This document shows, piece by piece, positions 28,531 through 38,199 of a DNA stretch of 64,000 bases (the first letter of the stretch is position 1; every line of letters starts with the position of its first letter). The stretch is from Dehalococcoidia bacterium (GTDB lineage: Bacteria; Chloroflexota; Dehalococcoidia; Bin125): assembly GCA_965211635.1 (NCBI GenBank), contig OZ242948.1, forward strand, positions 2,364,241 to 2,428,240, read 5' to 3'. The notes beneath the pieces are model-generated. The model was not told the DNA's origin. It saw only the letters and a list, made by a program, of their open reading frames with translations, and did no database searches. The position numbers and the translations under genes are program-made.

Positions 28531-28616
28531 GTAGGGGCGACCCTTGTGGTCGCCCGTCCATCCCCTCAGGACTCACGTCTTGAACAGGGAAGGGCGACCA
28601 CAAGGGTCGCCCCTAC
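28531..28616. repeat. Family D GTAG-type REP doublet (REPIN-like)
   Basis: GTAGGGGCGACCCTTGTGGTCGCCC (28531-28555) and its exact reverse complement (28592-28616). Confidence 0.92.
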
Positions 28617-28642
28617 ACCCTCGTGTCGACGCGGTGTAGAAC

Positions 28643-29710
28643 CTAGTTCTCGTCGAGCGCGCCAGCGAGAGCCGGGTGCAGACGACCGGTCTCAAGGCGA
28701 CCGCCGAGGCCGGCGACGTCGAGGCGGTGCAGGTACTCGAGCACCTGCTTGCGTCGCACGTGCCAGAACAGCCGCCAGCCCTCGTCGACATCGCCGTCGC
28801 CGAGCAGGTAGACCAGCGCTCCGGCGAGACCCGGGTTGGCCTGGTCGGGATCGACCAGCGTGTCCTCGAACATGTCGAGCGTCCAGTGGACTTCCTCGGC
28901 CTTCTCGGGCTCGTGCTCCAGCGTGTACTTGAGGTGCGTGACGCCGTAGGCGACGTGGCGCGACTCGTCCTGCGCGGCCAGGCGGAAGATGCGCTTCTCG
29001 GCCTCGTTGTGCGCGATCAGCTCGCCCAGGCGGAACAGCGACTGGACAAAGCCCTCGCCGAGGATGTGCAGCATCGAGGACATCTGGGTGAAGTCCTCGG
29101 CCTCAAGAATCTGGCGCAGACCGCCGCCGCCGCCCTGCAGCAGCAGGCCGCCGCCGTTGGCCAGCGCGCGCTTGCGGAAGACATCGGTGTGGCGCGCCTC
29201 GTCCATCACCTGCGACATCAGGAAGAGGCCCGACTCGAAGTGGTCGGCCGCGACTCGCGGGAGCCACTTGCCGGGCACGTCGCCGGCGATGAACTCGACC
29301 TCGGTCAGCGATGTGCAGAGCTGCACCATCGCGCGCTCGATGTCCTCGGGCAGTTCGTCCAGCGTGTCCCAAGGGATGTCGGTGGCCGACGACCACTGGC
29401 GCGAGACCGCTTCGTCGTACAACAGCGCCGACGATTCGGAGAAGGTCTCGGTGGCGTCGCCCAGCACCCACGGGGTCATGCGTGGGGTCGCGCCCTCGGG
29501 CGCCGCGGCGCCGCGCGGTCGGGCCGAGCTGTCCTCCGAGGTGGCCGGAATCTCGCCGTAGATGGACTTGTTGATCTGCTGCAGGGTCAGCCCCTTGCGG
29601 CCCGGCTCCGAGGCGACACCCCATTCGGTGTCGAGATTGAGCCACGAGAGGTCGAGTTCGGGAGCCTCCGGTTCCATGCGAAGTTCGTCAAGTTTGTCAA
29701 CGGTCACCAT
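28643..29710 (-). CDS. Ferritin-like di-iron carboxylate protein
   Basis: TEVE...DEARH...LGEG...DESRH is a complete E/ExxH/E/ExxH set; RBS GAGGGAG; start at MVTVDK. Confidence 0.85.
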   Translation of the reverse strand: MVTVDKLDELRMEPEAPELDLSWLNLDTEWGVASEPGRKGLTLQQINKSIYGEIPATSEDSSARPRGAAAPEGATPRMTPWVLGDATETFSESSALLYDEAVSRQWSSATDIPWDTLDELPEDIERAMVQLCTSLTEVEFIAGDVPGKWLPRVAADHFESGLFLMSQVMDEARHTDVFRKRALANGGGLLLQGGGGGLRQILEAEDFTQMSSMLHILGEGFVQSLFRLGELIAHNEAEKRIFRLAAQDESRHVAYGVTHLKYTLEHEPEKAEEVHWTLDMFEDTLVDPDQANPGLAGALVYLLGDGDVDEGWRLFWHVRRKQVLEYLHRLDVAGLGGRLETGRLHPALAGALDEN

Positions 29711-29823
29711 CGGATTCTCCCTCAAGCGCACAGTTGGGCGCGGATGCGGCCAATCTAGCGTGTGTGGTCCGCTGTCCGCAACCGGCCGACGGCGTGCGTC
29801 CACTGTCTGAATGTAGTGAGGCA

Positions 29824-30327
29824 ATGAGCCGGTCCATATGGCTGCTGGCGTTCTCGATTATCTGCGCTGGATTGGTCGCCTGCGGGCAAGAGCTGCGAAC
29901 CCTGCAATCACAACCAGATCGTGGCCCGCGGGCGCTCAGCCCTGGCGAGCCCTATCAGATTCTGTATCGCGACACTGAGCTGTCGCTTACCGCACCATCT
30001 GGTGTTGAGTTGCAGTTTCATGGATTCGAAGCAGAAGATGGTGGCGGTGGCAGTTGGGGTGGCTACCACCTTGTGACAGCTATCGTGTGCCACGAGCAGG
30101 AAGCTGAGTATGCCTGTCTACGCATAATCATGAAGTACAAGGCCAGCGACAACGGCCGCCTGTGTCCCGGCGATGAAAGCACGAGAGACGTGACTGGGTT
30201 GTCGGACAAGTCCTTACAGATGATCGTGGACGATGCATTTGACGAACTCATCTCCTCAATCGAGGTCTCTGTGCCTACTGACCAGTTGGAAGAGTATTGC
30301 CAGCACCTTGCTACAGAAGCAAGTTGA
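29824..30327 (+). CDS. Putative lipoprotein, hypothetical
   Basis: Signal peptide with lipobox LVAC; AT-richer DNA. Confidence 0.65.
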   Translation: MSRSIWLLAFSIICAGLVACGQELRTLQSQPDRGPRALSPGEPYQILYRDTELSLTAPSGVELQFHGFEAEDGGGGSWGGYHLVTAIVCHEQEAEYACLRIIMKYKASDNGRLCPGDESTRDVTGLSDKSLQMIVDDAFDELISSIEVSVPTDQLEEYCQHLATEAS

Positions 30328-30358
30328 AGGACTTGTGGAAGCCGCACCCTGTCTTGCG

Positions 30359-32173
30359 TCAGTCCGTCCGATAGAGATAGCGCACATCCCACAGGCCGTA
30401 GAGCGTCGCCGTCGAGTTGCCGAACACGTTGCGTACCGCGGCGATCCGCTCGGCGTGAGTCGTATAGATCACCGGCAGGTTTTCAGCCACGATCTCCTGG
30501 GCTCGGTGGTAGTAGCCGAGTCGCAGTTCTCGGTCCAGCTCCTGGCTGCCACGTATGTAGAGGACGTCCAGTTCGGCCTCCCAGACCGTGGCCGGCTCCG
30601 GCTGGTTGGGATACCAGAGATGCAGGTTTTCCGAGCTGTGCCAGAGCACGATGCCGCTGTATGGGTCGGGACCACCGGTGAAGCCAATAACGATCGCGTC
30701 CCAGTCGTAGGTCGTCGTGAGCTGGGTGACCAGATCGCCGAAGTCGATCACCTGGAAGTCCACGTTGAGCCCCAGCTCGAACATGCCTGCGTGGATGATG
30801 CCCGTGACCTGCTCTCGTACCGAGTTGCCCTCGTTCGTAGCCATCGTGAAGGCGATTTCGTTACCCAGTTCGTCCTCGCGGTATCCGTTGCCGTCGCGAT
30901 CGGTCCAGCCGAGATCGTTGAGGATCTGTTTGGCCCGCTCCAGGTCGAACGCATACGTAGTGATGTCTGGATTGTGGAAGTCGCCAGTCGCCGGACTGAT
31001 CGGCGACCACTGCGGGTAACCGAGTCCATGCTGGACCTGCTCGATGATCGCCTCTTTGTCGATCACGTGGGCGACCGCGCGGCGGAAGTGCGGATTGGTG
31101 AACCAGTGCAGGCGTTCTTCCGAGACATACGGCTCATCAGCCTCCGGATCCGTCCCGCGGTTCTGATTGAACGTGACGAACGTGGACCCAAACGTCGGGC
31201 CGCGACGATGAATCGTGAAGTTCTCGTCCTCCTGCAGCGGCAGAAGCTCCTCGTATTCCGAGCCGAGCACGCCATGAATGTCGGAGAGCCCCGAGCGGAA
31301 CGCCTCCAGCTCGTCCTCCTGTTCGGGCACGATCACCTGCACGACGCGGTCGAGGTAGGGAAGCTGGTTGCCCTCGGCGTCGGACATCCAGTAGTCCGGG
31401 TTGCGCCTGAACGTGACCCGCGCTTCCGGCAGGTACTGCTCGATCAGGAACGGCCCGGTGCCGATGATCTCCGAAGGATCGGTATCGATTCCCCAGATCT
31501 CCGTAAACGTGCCATCGTCCACGAACGGCTGCAGGATGTGCTGTGGATAGATAGCCGTAGCCATCGAGCGCAAGAATGGAGCGAATGACACAGGCAGTTC
31601 GAACTGCACCGTGTACTCGTCAATCGCCTCGACTGTCATCGGCGCTTCCTGCCAGTCGCCGTTCTCGTCAAGCAAGCGGAAGGTGAAGGTGGCGCGAGTC
31701 GATGTTGGAATCGCCTCGTTGTAGATGATCTCGTTGAAGGTGAACTCGACATCGTCGGCGTTGAACGGCTCTCCGTCGTGCCAAAGAACGTCTCGCCGCA
31801 GGTAGAAGGTCCAGGTCAATCCGTCGGCGGATACATCCCACGACTCGGCCAGGTTCTCAATCGGCTCGCCGGTCAGCCACGAGATGTCGGTCAGGCCCTC
31901 AAACAAGTAGCTCAACACACCCGACGAGCCCGCATCGTTGGACATTGCCAGATTGAATGTCAGCGGTTCGGAGATCGTGGCAAAGGTCAGCTCGCCGCCG
32001 TACTCGCCGATCTCATAGTCAAACGCCCGGGCGTTCGACTGCAGTCGAGTGACTACGTCCTCATCCACGGCCGACTCGGGCTCTTCATAGGGAATCTCAT
32101 CATCGCAAGCAACGACCAGGAGTGCCGCCAGTGCGACGGCAAGGATCCCGCCGAGGACGAGAACACGCTTCAT
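30359..32173 (-). CDS. ABC transporter substrate-binding lipoprotein (family 5, peptide/nickel)
   Basis: Lipobox VVAC, LAESWDVSADGLTWTFYLR, WHDGEPF, GTGPF, RNPDYW; start at MKRVLV. Confidence 0.93.
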   Translation of the reverse strand: MKRVLVLGGILAVALAALLVVACDDEIPYEEPESAVDEDVVTRLQSNARAFDYEIGEYGGELTFATISEPLTFNLAMSNDAGSSGVLSYLFEGLTDISWLTGEPIENLAESWDVSADGLTWTFYLRRDVLWHDGEPFNADDVEFTFNEIIYNEAIPTSTRATFTFRLLDENGDWQEAPMTVEAIDEYTVQFELPVSFAPFLRSMATAIYPQHILQPFVDDGTFTEIWGIDTDPSEIIGTGPFLIEQYLPEARVTFRRNPDYWMSDAEGNQLPYLDRVVQVIVPEQEDELEAFRSGLSDIHGVLGSEYEELLPLQEDENFTIHRRGPTFGSTFVTFNQNRGTDPEADEPYVSEERLHWFTNPHFRRAVAHVIDKEAIIEQVQHGLGYPQWSPISPATGDFHNPDITTYAFDLERAKQILNDLGWTDRDGNGYREDELGNEIAFTMATNEGNSVREQVTGIIHAGMFELGLNVDFQVIDFGDLVTQLTTTYDWDAIVIGFTGGPDPYSGIVLWHSSENLHLWYPNQPEPATVWEAELDVLYIRGSQELDRELRLGYYHRAQEIVAENLPVIYTTHAERIAAVRNVFGNSTATLYGLWDVRYLYRTD

Positions 32174-32345
32174 GTCATTCAACTCCCGCCATCCTCGATA
32201 GAGCACAGTGTCAACAAGGTAAGGTCGACGCACTCGATCGTGAAGCATGCGGCCTGCCCGGATGTTGCGCGATCATCAGACTGCGAGCCTGAACCGGCGT
32301 CGGCTACGCTAGTTCCGATTTCCCGCGACCTCCTGGAGACCCCAC

Positions 32346-33236
32346 ATGTCCCTGCCCAGCTTTGAGAATGTCCTGCTTGAGCGCACAGGCGCCGACGACC
32401 GGGTCGGCGTGCTCACGCTCAATCGACCGGAGAAGATGAACGCCCTCTCGCAGGAGCTGATCTACGACTTCCGTGACGCCTGCGAGTACTTCGAGGCCGA
32501 CGACGATGTGCGCGTGATCATCGTCAAGGGCGCCGGACGCACCTTCTCGGCCGGCTACGACCTGACCCCGGCCGGCGGCTATGGCGCCGACGCAATCCAT
32601 CGGCGTTTCCGCACCGTCGACGACGACGGCAACCGCCTGATCATGGGCATCCGCGGTGGCATGGCCCGCGTCACCGATATCTGGCTCTACTTCTGGAACA
32701 TGCAAAAGGTGACGATTGCCCAGCTCCACGGCTATGCGATCGCCGGAGGCTTCGAGCTCTCGATGATGGCCGACCTCGTGGTCGCCGCCGAGGACACGCA
32801 GATCGGCCACCCCGGACTGCGCTTTGCCGGCTCGCGCACTTCGGCGATCCTGCCGCTGCTGACCAACATGCGCAAAGCCAAGGAGCTGTTCTACACCGGC
32901 GACCCGATCCGCGCGACCGAGGCGGCGGAGCTCAATCTGATCAACTACGCCGTCCCGCGCGACGAGCTCGAAGAGAAGACAATGGCCCTGGCCGAGCGCG
33001 TCGCCAATCTGCCTGCCGACCACCTGGCCCAGCTCAAGGTTCACATGAACCGCTTCTACGAGAACATGGGCATCTACTCGTCGCTGCGCAGCAGCACCGA
33101 CCTCGACGCTGTCGGCACCTTCACCAGCCAGCACTACGAGTGGTCGCGCCGGATGCGAGACGAAGGCCTCAAGGGAGCCCTCGCCTGGCGGGACGGCCCC
33201 TTCGGCGACTACTCCCAGGCCCCGCGCAATCGGTAG
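32346..33236 (+). CDS. Crotonase/enoyl-CoA hydratase family protein
   Basis: TLNRPEKMNALS, FSAGYDL, HGYAIAGG, IGHP. Confidence 0.92.
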   Translation: MSLPSFENVLLERTGADDRVGVLTLNRPEKMNALSQELIYDFRDACEYFEADDDVRVIIVKGAGRTFSAGYDLTPAGGYGADAIHRRFRTVDDDGNRLIMGIRGGMARVTDIWLYFWNMQKVTIAQLHGYAIAGGFELSMMADLVVAAEDTQIGHPGLRFAGSRTSAILPLLTNMRKAKELFYTGDPIRATEAAELNLINYAVPRDELEEKTMALAERVANLPADHLAQLKVHMNRFYENMGIYSSLRSSTDLDAVGTFTSQHYEWSRRMRDEGLKGALAWRDGPFGDYSQAPRNR

Positions 33237-33243
33237 CCGCGAT

Positions 33244-33295
33244 CCCCTCTCCCCCCGCGCAGCGGGGGGAGATGCCGAAGGCAGAGGGGGGCTCC
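33244..33295 (+). repeat. Family A repeat
   Basis: CCCCTCTCCCCCCGC-GCA-GCGGGGGGAGA-TGCCGAAGGCA-GAGGGGGGCTCC. Confidence 0.92.
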
Positions 33296-33325
33296 CCCGC
33301 CGCACGCCGCCGAGCCGCACAGATC

Positions 33326-34087
33326 ATGCCCACCTTCATCGGCCTCGACCTCGCCTGGACGACCAGGAACGAGAGCGGCATCTGCTGGCTTGAAGGCGAC
33401 TCACGGGAGACTTTGCGTTGCACCCGGCTTGAGGTGGCTGCCTGCGAGACCGCGAAACTGGCTGATGCAGTCACTGCAGTCGACGAGCCGGTCGTCGTCA
33501 CCATCGACGCTCCGTTGATCTACAACGAAGAACGACGCGCCGAAAGCAAGATCGCCAGTATGTTCGGCCGCTACAAGGCGTCGGCCTATCACCCTTCACT
33601 GGCCGTCAGCCGCGGATACACGGCCGGCATCGATCTCGGCAAGGCCCTGGAGTCGTCAGGCTTCACGCTGGACCCGGCGCAACTGTTGTGCGGCGATCGA
33701 ACCGGTCGCACAGCGGTTGAGGTGTTTCCACACACGATCCACGTTCGCCTCTTCTGCCTGACCGAACGGATCCTATACAAGAAGGGACGTGTCGCTCAGA
33801 AGCGGGCCGGGCTCCAGCAGTATCAACGGCACTTGGAGGCATTGATTGAGGACGTAGCGCCAGGGGTGCTGGAATTCCCCGACGTGAAGCGCGCCCTCGA
33901 CCCCGTGACCGCCCGAAACGCCAGGGGCAAGAGTCTCAAGCGCCTCGATGACACCCTCGACGGCCTCACCTGCGCCCTTGCCGCCTGGCTGATGTGGTCG
34001 CGACCGGAGGAGTGGGAGATGATCGGCGACCTCAACGGCTACATCGTCGCGCCTCGAGATTCCGACGAACCGGCCACCCTTGTTTAG
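33326..34087 (+). CDS. DUF429 family protein (predicted RNase H-fold nuclease)
   Basis: FIGLDLAW, IDAPLI, EVFPH, YKKG, DTLDGLTCA, GYIVAP. Confidence 0.85.
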   Translation: MPTFIGLDLAWTTRNESGICWLEGDSRETLRCTRLEVAACETAKLADAVTAVDEPVVVTIDAPLIYNEERRAESKIASMFGRYKASAYHPSLAVSRGYTAGIDLGKALESSGFTLDPAQLLCGDRTGRTAVEVFPHTIHVRLFCLTERILYKKGRVAQKRAGLQQYQRHLEALIEDVAPGVLEFPDVKRALDPVTARNARGKSLKRLDDTLDGLTCALAAWLMWSRPEEWEMIGDLNGYIVAPRDSDEPATLV

Positions 34088-34124
34088 CGCCGCTTCGCAT
34101 CGCCGATTGCTCAACCGGTCATTG

Positions 34125-34220
34125 CGTCATTGCCGCGCCTGCCGCGGCAATCTCGCTGTGTTGGGTACACAAGTCCGCGCTGAAACGGGCGAGATACCCG
34201 CGACAAGCGCGGGTATGACG
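34125..34220. repeat. Family C inverted doublet
   Basis: CGTCATTGCCGCGCCTGCCGCGGCAATCT ... GAGATACCCGCGACAAGCGCGGGTATGACG. Confidence 0.88.
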
Positions 34221-34242
34221 AGTTCACAGTGCCCGCGAACTG

Positions 34243-34791
34243 TCAGGGGGGATAGTCCGGATGCGACTTAAGCGCCTCGATCTGGCGCGTGTGATCGCCG
34301 TCGTGGAAGGCCTGGAACAGGGGCCAGGCCATTGAGGGGAGGTCCCCGAAGATGGCGTGCGGCACCGTCGTCTCGTTGTCGATCTCATCCGGGAACGCGT
34401 TGGCGACGCTAAGCAGGCGCTCACTTACGCTCGTGACCTGCAAGCGCAGGTCATCCACGTCCGACATCGGCGCCGTGATCTGCCCCGGCGGACCCTTGAT
34501 CACTGTCTTGCCGTTCGCTGTCGCCGCGATGATTTCGGCGATGTTCGGCGAGGCCGTGATCACGTGGCGCATGATCTCCGCGATGGACCATGTGGACTCA
34601 TCGTCCGAGTTCAATTCATTCCTTGGCGTCCACTCGGCCTGCTCCTGGGAGACATCCTGCAGCGCGTCGATCAGCGCAAACCGCGCACTAGCCATGCGCA
34701 ACCAAATCTCGTCCCAGGGCAAGGTCCGGGCGCCCGCAAGGAACTCGGCCCGTGTGCGCGCGAAGAACTCCAGGTGGCTTGGATCTGCCAT
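34243..34791 (-). CDS. DinB/YfiT-like family protein
   Basis: WSIAEIMRH, HAIFG, HDGDHTRQI. Confidence 0.8.
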   Translation of the reverse strand: MADPSHLEFFARTRAEFLAGARTLPWDEIWLRMASARFALIDALQDVSQEQAEWTPRNELNSDDESTWSIAEIMRHVITASPNIAEIIAATANGKTVIKGPPGQITAPMSDVDDLRLQVTSVSERLLSVANAFPDEIDNETTVPHAIFGDLPSMAWPLFQAFHDGDHTRQIEALKSHPDYPP

Positions 34792-34973
34792 GTCGCCTGC
34801 TGTTTCACTCCTCGACCAGGGACAGCATAGAACGCACGAACCGGTTGTTTGACACGAATAGAAATGGGCCGGGCAGGAGCCGCAACAGGCGGCGTGCAGG
34901 ACCCGCTCTTGGGCTTCTCTCACTCCAGTACGCTCAACATGGGCGAGATGGACTTGGCTTCGAGTAGAGCGTT

Positions 34974-36881
34974 ATGCACTGGTTGGTCGCCATTTTTCTT
35001 GTCTCCGCAGTGCTCGCTTCAGCTTGTAGCGAAGAGGTGGGTCCAGATTCATCGGCGCAGTCCGGTCCGGCGACCGATGCTGATGGTCAGGACCAGCCTG
35101 AGTCTGCCCAGTTGGCCATCATCCTGGAACCTACTGAAGCTGAGTGCGCCCTTGATGTCGATCGGCAGGGAAGTACCCAGGTGCGCTGGTCGGTCGAGGG
35201 AGGTACGGCTCCTTACGAGGTGTGGGTAGACGGCGAGCTACGAGAAGGCGCAACAGGCTCGCTTGAGGTGGCCTGTGCCGGCCCGCGCTTGGTTGACGAA
35301 GGTAGCGGCGAACTCGTCAATCGCGGGTTGCCACTGACAGTTGTAGGCACAGTCTTCGATGCCGAGGGCGTCCGCGCTTCGGATCTGCTGTTGCTCAGGC
35401 GTCCCGGCGCGGTTCTCGACGCTGACTGGAATCGGACCAGGGAGTTCGAGGGCCGCGTCGATACCCTGACACTCGAACTGTTCGCGCCCAGCATCTGCGA
35501 AGCAGAAGACTGGACATGGATATGGAGACTACCGTTTGTGGGGACGGGCGCCGATGACATCTCCATGGAGATCGAGTGGCAAAACTCCGGTGGGAAGCCG
35601 CCCTACACGCTCTTTCTCGCTGGAGGCGAGTTCGAAGGGGAATCGGGAACATTGAGGCTCCAGTGTCGATACTTCGAAGGCGGAGGATCGGACACTGGAT
35701 GGATCACAGTCCCGGCGCTAGCGCGCGACTCGGTCGGAGCTATCGGTTCTGCGATGGTTCAGACTCTCGCCTTGGCGCACAACTCCAGCACCAGAGAGCA
35801 CGAAACCGAGTTTCTTAACGGAGGCAAGGCGTATCGGCTTTTGGGCATGCTCATGACCATTCCGGAGGGCATCACACTTGATCTCCGTGAGGAGGGGATT
35901 CCTGTCATCTTGCATGAGTGTGAAGAGGACGAAGATGGCAATGAGGTGTTCCCTTGCGAAGCATCGACCCGACTGGTGACCACAGGTGGATCACTCGTTG
36001 TCTGGTTCGCATTGGAGTCTCGACTCCTGTACAAGTGGGAGATTCTCGACTCGGACTGGCGCAGCGACCCCGGGATTCGGGTCGAGACGAGGGAGGAGTT
36101 AGATGAACTCATGGATCAGTGGGCGGACTCGATCGGTCAATCGCCAGACCTCTCCGCTGCCCGATGGCTCAATCCCGCCCCTCTGCGGATTTCCGGCTAC
36201 GCCGATCCGCTGATTTGCGATCCGATCGATCAGATCGGACGCGTCTACATCAACGTCGCGGGCGGCGCCTGGGTTCCGACCGGTATCAAGGTCGATGGGG
36301 AGCTAGTCGGACTTGCCCGAGGAAGCGGGACGATGAACACGTATGCGGAGTGTTCTTTGCCGCCGGGGATTCAACGGGTGCATCTGAACGTTCACGACCT
36401 GGGCCCCGACACCGACACGTCGTTCGCCGAGACAGAGATCGACATCGAGGTTCCTCCCGATGAGCAGGGTAGTGACGAACTCAAACTTGGCATCGGCTTC
36501 GAGTATGGCGAGCCGCGGAATCGGATACCCGCGACCAGCTACTGCGCCCCCGGTTCCACTACGAAGGTTCTCTGGCGCCTGATCGTTGCAAACGCACCTG
36601 GCACCATCCGAAGCGTAATGAATCCTGTGAGCTTGCGGATCGGCGATCAGTTTGTCGACACCTCATCTGGATACTTGCAAGACGATTCGTACAGACAGTC
36701 GGGCGGGTTGTGGGTCAGGTGTCAAGAGTCCCTGGGCAGACAAGTCGTCAAGTTCAGGGGACGAATCCCAGGGAACACAACCGAGGCTGCTGAGTTGTTG
36801 GTTCCGCTCCAAATCGTCGAGACCCACCCCTCGGGACTGGACTGGTCCGAGATTCGACCCGATGACTATCCCGACGAGTAG
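34974..36881 (+). CDS. Large putative lipoprotein with repeated Ig-like modules
   Basis: Lipobox ASAC; repeats WSVEGGTAPY, WQNSGGKPPY and NVAGGAWVP, each preceded by a Cys. Confidence 0.7.
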   Translation: MHWLVAIFLVSAVLASACSEEVGPDSSAQSGPATDADGQDQPESAQLAIILEPTEAECALDVDRQGSTQVRWSVEGGTAPYEVWVDGELREGATGSLEVACAGPRLVDEGSGELVNRGLPLTVVGTVFDAEGVRASDLLLLRRPGAVLDADWNRTREFEGRVDTLTLELFAPSICEAEDWTWIWRLPFVGTGADDISMEIEWQNSGGKPPYTLFLAGGEFEGESGTLRLQCRYFEGGGSDTGWITVPALARDSVGAIGSAMVQTLALAHNSSTREHETEFLNGGKAYRLLGMLMTIPEGITLDLREEGIPVILHECEEDEDGNEVFPCEASTRLVTTGGSLVVWFALESRLLYKWEILDSDWRSDPGIRVETREELDELMDQWADSIGQSPDLSAARWLNPAPLRISGYADPLICDPIDQIGRVYINVAGGAWVPTGIKVDGELVGLARGSGTMNTYAECSLPPGIQRVHLNVHDLGPDTDTSFAETEIDIEVPPDEQGSDELKLGIGFEYGEPRNRIPATSYCAPGSTTKVLWRLIVANAPGTIRSVMNPVSLRIGDQFVDTSSGYLQDDSYRQSGGLWVRCQESLGRQVVKFRGRIPGNTTEAAELLVPLQIVETHPSGLDWSEIRPDDYPDE

Positions 36882-36886
36882 CGCCA

Positions 36887-37798
36887 CTACCGAAACTCGG
36901 GCGCGATCTCCTCGATGAAGCGATCCATTTGCTCGGTGCGTTGGAAGGCGTTGGCGCCGAGGGTGAAGTCGGGGAGGATGAGTTCGTCGACGCCGGCGTC
37001 GATGTAGGCCTGCACCGTCCGCTTGATCTCGTCGTTGGAGCCGCCCAGCACCGGCCGGCCGCTGGCGCTGATCGGACCGAGGACATCCTCGTTGTCGGTC
37101 ATCATCAGCAGCATGCAGGCGGAGCGCTCGATCTCGGCCGGGTCGCGGCCGACGTCGGCGCAGTGGGCGTCGAGCACGGACTGTTTCTGGATGAGGACCT
37201 CGGGCGTGCCCCAGACGTTCCACTCGTTTGCGTACTGCGCCGTAATCCGCAGCGTGCGCTTCTCGCCGCCGCCGCCGATCATCAGCGGCAGCGGCGTCTG
37301 AATCGGCTTCGGCTCCATCGGCGCGTCGATCAGTTGGTAGTGCTCGCCGGTGAAGTTGGTCTTTTCGTAGCGGAACATCTCGGTGATCAGGTGGCAGGCT
37401 TCCTCAAAGCGATCCATGCGCTCCTTGAGCGTGCCGAAGTGGATGCCATAAGCGTGGTGCTCGTTCTCTTGCCAGGCGGCGCCAAGGCCAAGGATGAATC
37501 GCCCGCCGGAGATGATGTCGATCTGCGCCGCCATCTTGGCCGTCACCGTCGGATGCCGATAGGTGTTGCCCGAGACCATGTGACCAAGCCTGACCCGCGG
37601 AATCCGCGACGCGAACGCAGCCAGCGTCGTCCACGACTCGTGCATGATCTCGTCGGAGGCGTCCTCGCCGACCGGCTTGTTGGGCATGAAGTGGTCGGCG
37701 AACCAGATGCGATCCCAACCGGTCCGCTCGGCGTGCCGGGCTACGGTCAAGACCTCGGCCCAGGGGTTGGATGCGCCTGGCCAGAATCCGAATCGCAT
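36887..37798 (-). CDS. LLM-class (probably F420-dependent) oxidoreductase
   Basis: WFADHF, GNTYRHP, GLGAAWQENEH, IGGGGEKRTLR. Confidence 0.92.
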   Translation of the reverse strand: MRFGFWPGASNPWAEVLTVARHAERTGWDRIWFADHFMPNKPVGEDASDEIMHESWTTLAAFASRIPRVRLGHMVSGNTYRHPTVTAKMAAQIDIISGGRFILGLGAAWQENEHHAYGIHFGTLKERMDRFEEACHLITEMFRYEKTNFTGEHYQLIDAPMEPKPIQTPLPLMIGGGGEKRTLRITAQYANEWNVWGTPEVLIQKQSVLDAHCADVGRDPAEIERSACMLLMMTDNEDVLGPISASGRPVLGGSNDEIKRTVQAYIDAGVDELILPDFTLGANAFQRTEQMDRFIEEIAPEFR

Positions 37799-37868
37799 GA
37801 TGGTCTTCTTTCAGGTTTGGGGTTGTGGAGGCAGACTAGCGAAGTGCTGGGATACCTCTCGTTCCGGT

Positions 37869-38113
37869 CCCCTCTGCCTGAGGGAGAGAGTCAGTGCCTG
37901 CCCCCGCGACGGCGGGGGGTGAGGGCCTCCGGTCGGGCTGATGGAAGGAGGGCCCTCACCCCAATCCTCTCCCAGAGGAGACTTTCGCGTAACCCAGCCA
38001 AAGTCGTCCCCGCGCAGGCGGGGACCCGTGGCGCCTATCTGATCACGGCGCCCCCGCCTACGCGGGGGCGACTTCATCGAGAGATTACGCGCAGGTCTCC
38101 AGAGGGAGAGGGA
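37869..38113. repeat. Inverted doublet of family B repeats; first carries the nested mini-hairpin, second is split by a MITE
   Basis: 37869-37925 CCCCTCTGCCTGAGGGAGAGAGTCAG[TGCCTGCCCCCGCGACGGCGG]GGGGTGAGGG; 37953-37976 plus 38101-38113 CCCTCACCCCAATCCTCTCCCAGA//AGAGGGAGAGGG. Confidence 0.85.
37977..38100. mobile_element. ~124-bp MITE, copy 1
   Basis: Ends GGAGACTTTCGCGTAA ... TTACGCGCAGGTCTCC, flanked by a direct repeat centred on AGA; near-identical inverted copy at 48638. Confidence 0.85.
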
Positions 38114-38199
38114 GCCGGAGAGAAGGCGTTGCGGTTAACTGGATCGCAACCGATGGATCGGCTCCCTCGATAGACTGTGTGCCAGTGGAGGAGGCCCCG

